Assembly: GCA_031459535.1 (NCBI GenBank)
Contig: JAVKIJ010000069.1
Coordinates: 1 to 17,958 of the forward strand
Reading direction: 5' to 3'
DNA length: 17,958 nt
Source: Candidatus Fervidifonticultor quintus
GTDB lineage: Bacteria; Sysuimicrobiota; Sysuimicrobiia; Sysuimicrobiales; Humicultoraceae
A model generated the notes under the pieces. It had not been told where the DNA came from. It saw nothing but the letters and a program-made list of their open reading frames with translations, and did no database searches. Of this stretch, positions 17,784 through 17,958 are shown one piece after another; the stretch's first letter is position 1; each line of letters starts with the position of its first letter. A program made the position numbers and the translations under genes.

Positions 17784-17861
17784 CAAGATGAAGTTCGGTG
17801 ACCGGGCGGATTCTCCCTGTCGGTGGCCGGTGGCGACGCGCCGCGAGGTGAGGGAAGCGCC

Positions 17862-17958
17862 ATGACAGTGCGGACGCTGGCACGGGCGGGGCTGATGACG
17901 GCCATCGTCTTCGTGGTCACCCGGTCGTTCGTCCTGCCCATCCCACAGACGAAGGGCT
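17862..17958 (+). CDS. ECF transporter S component (5' partial, runs off the window)
   Basis: ATG 17862 follows GAGGTGAGGGAAG. It translates to MTVRTLARAGLMTAIVFVVTRSFVLPIPQTKG, a hydrophobic first TM helix followed by the P.P.T.G loop typical of one ECF S-component family. Only 32 codons are visible. Confidence 0.65.
   Translation, partial: MTVRTLARAGLMTAIVFVVTRSFVLPIPQTKG

Noticed and set aside
17784-17861. Riboswitch upstream of the ECF S component
   Set aside because: An imperfect hairpin (about 17796-17829) and a 5-nt anti-SD (TCCCT) exist, but I recognise no known aptamer core and the divergent gap is short. An Rfam/Infernal scan would be decisive.
1-17958. CRISPR arrays, tRNA/rRNA, IS elements, integrases or tandem repeats
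   Set aside because: None seen. All intergenic gaps are under 100 bp and composition looks uniform.

Overview
This is a very GC-rich (roughly 70% by eye), gene-dense bacterial chromosomal window. I see no mobile elements, CRISPR array or RNA genes. From left to right it holds: a nucleoside catabolism operon (deoB, purine nucleoside phosphorylase, pdp); 3-hydroxybutyryl-CoA dehydrogenase; an orphan family-5 ABC substrate-binding protein; a convergent membrane-anchored DUF1444/YtpQ-like gene; a tightly coupled operon of acyl-CoA dehydrogenase, EtfB, EtfA, a FadF/EMO-type membrane Fe-S oxidoreductase and a two-subunit B12-dependent acyl-CoA mutase; trmI; an SRPBCC/START protein; a DegT aminotransferase plus Gfo/Idh/MocA dehydrogenase pair (GnnB/GnnA- or WbpE/WbpB-like); a stand-alone AsnC/Lrp ligand-binding domain; and the start of an ECF S component. 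Four observations stand out. (1) The mutase carries the isobutyryl-CoA mutase signature (Phe64/Gln182 in place of the Tyr/Arg of methylmalonyl-CoA mutase). (2) It is translationally coupled to an ETF:quinone oxidoreductase module, suggesting a B12-dependent route for respiring branched short-chain acyl-CoAs. (3) A near-consensus sigma70 promoter overlaps the large-subunit stop codon and could transcribe the B12-binding subunit separately. (4) The trimeric-family PNP has Asp where Asn normally specifies 6-oxopurines, predicting adenosine activity. All functional calls come from motif reading and recalled family knowledge, not from database searches.
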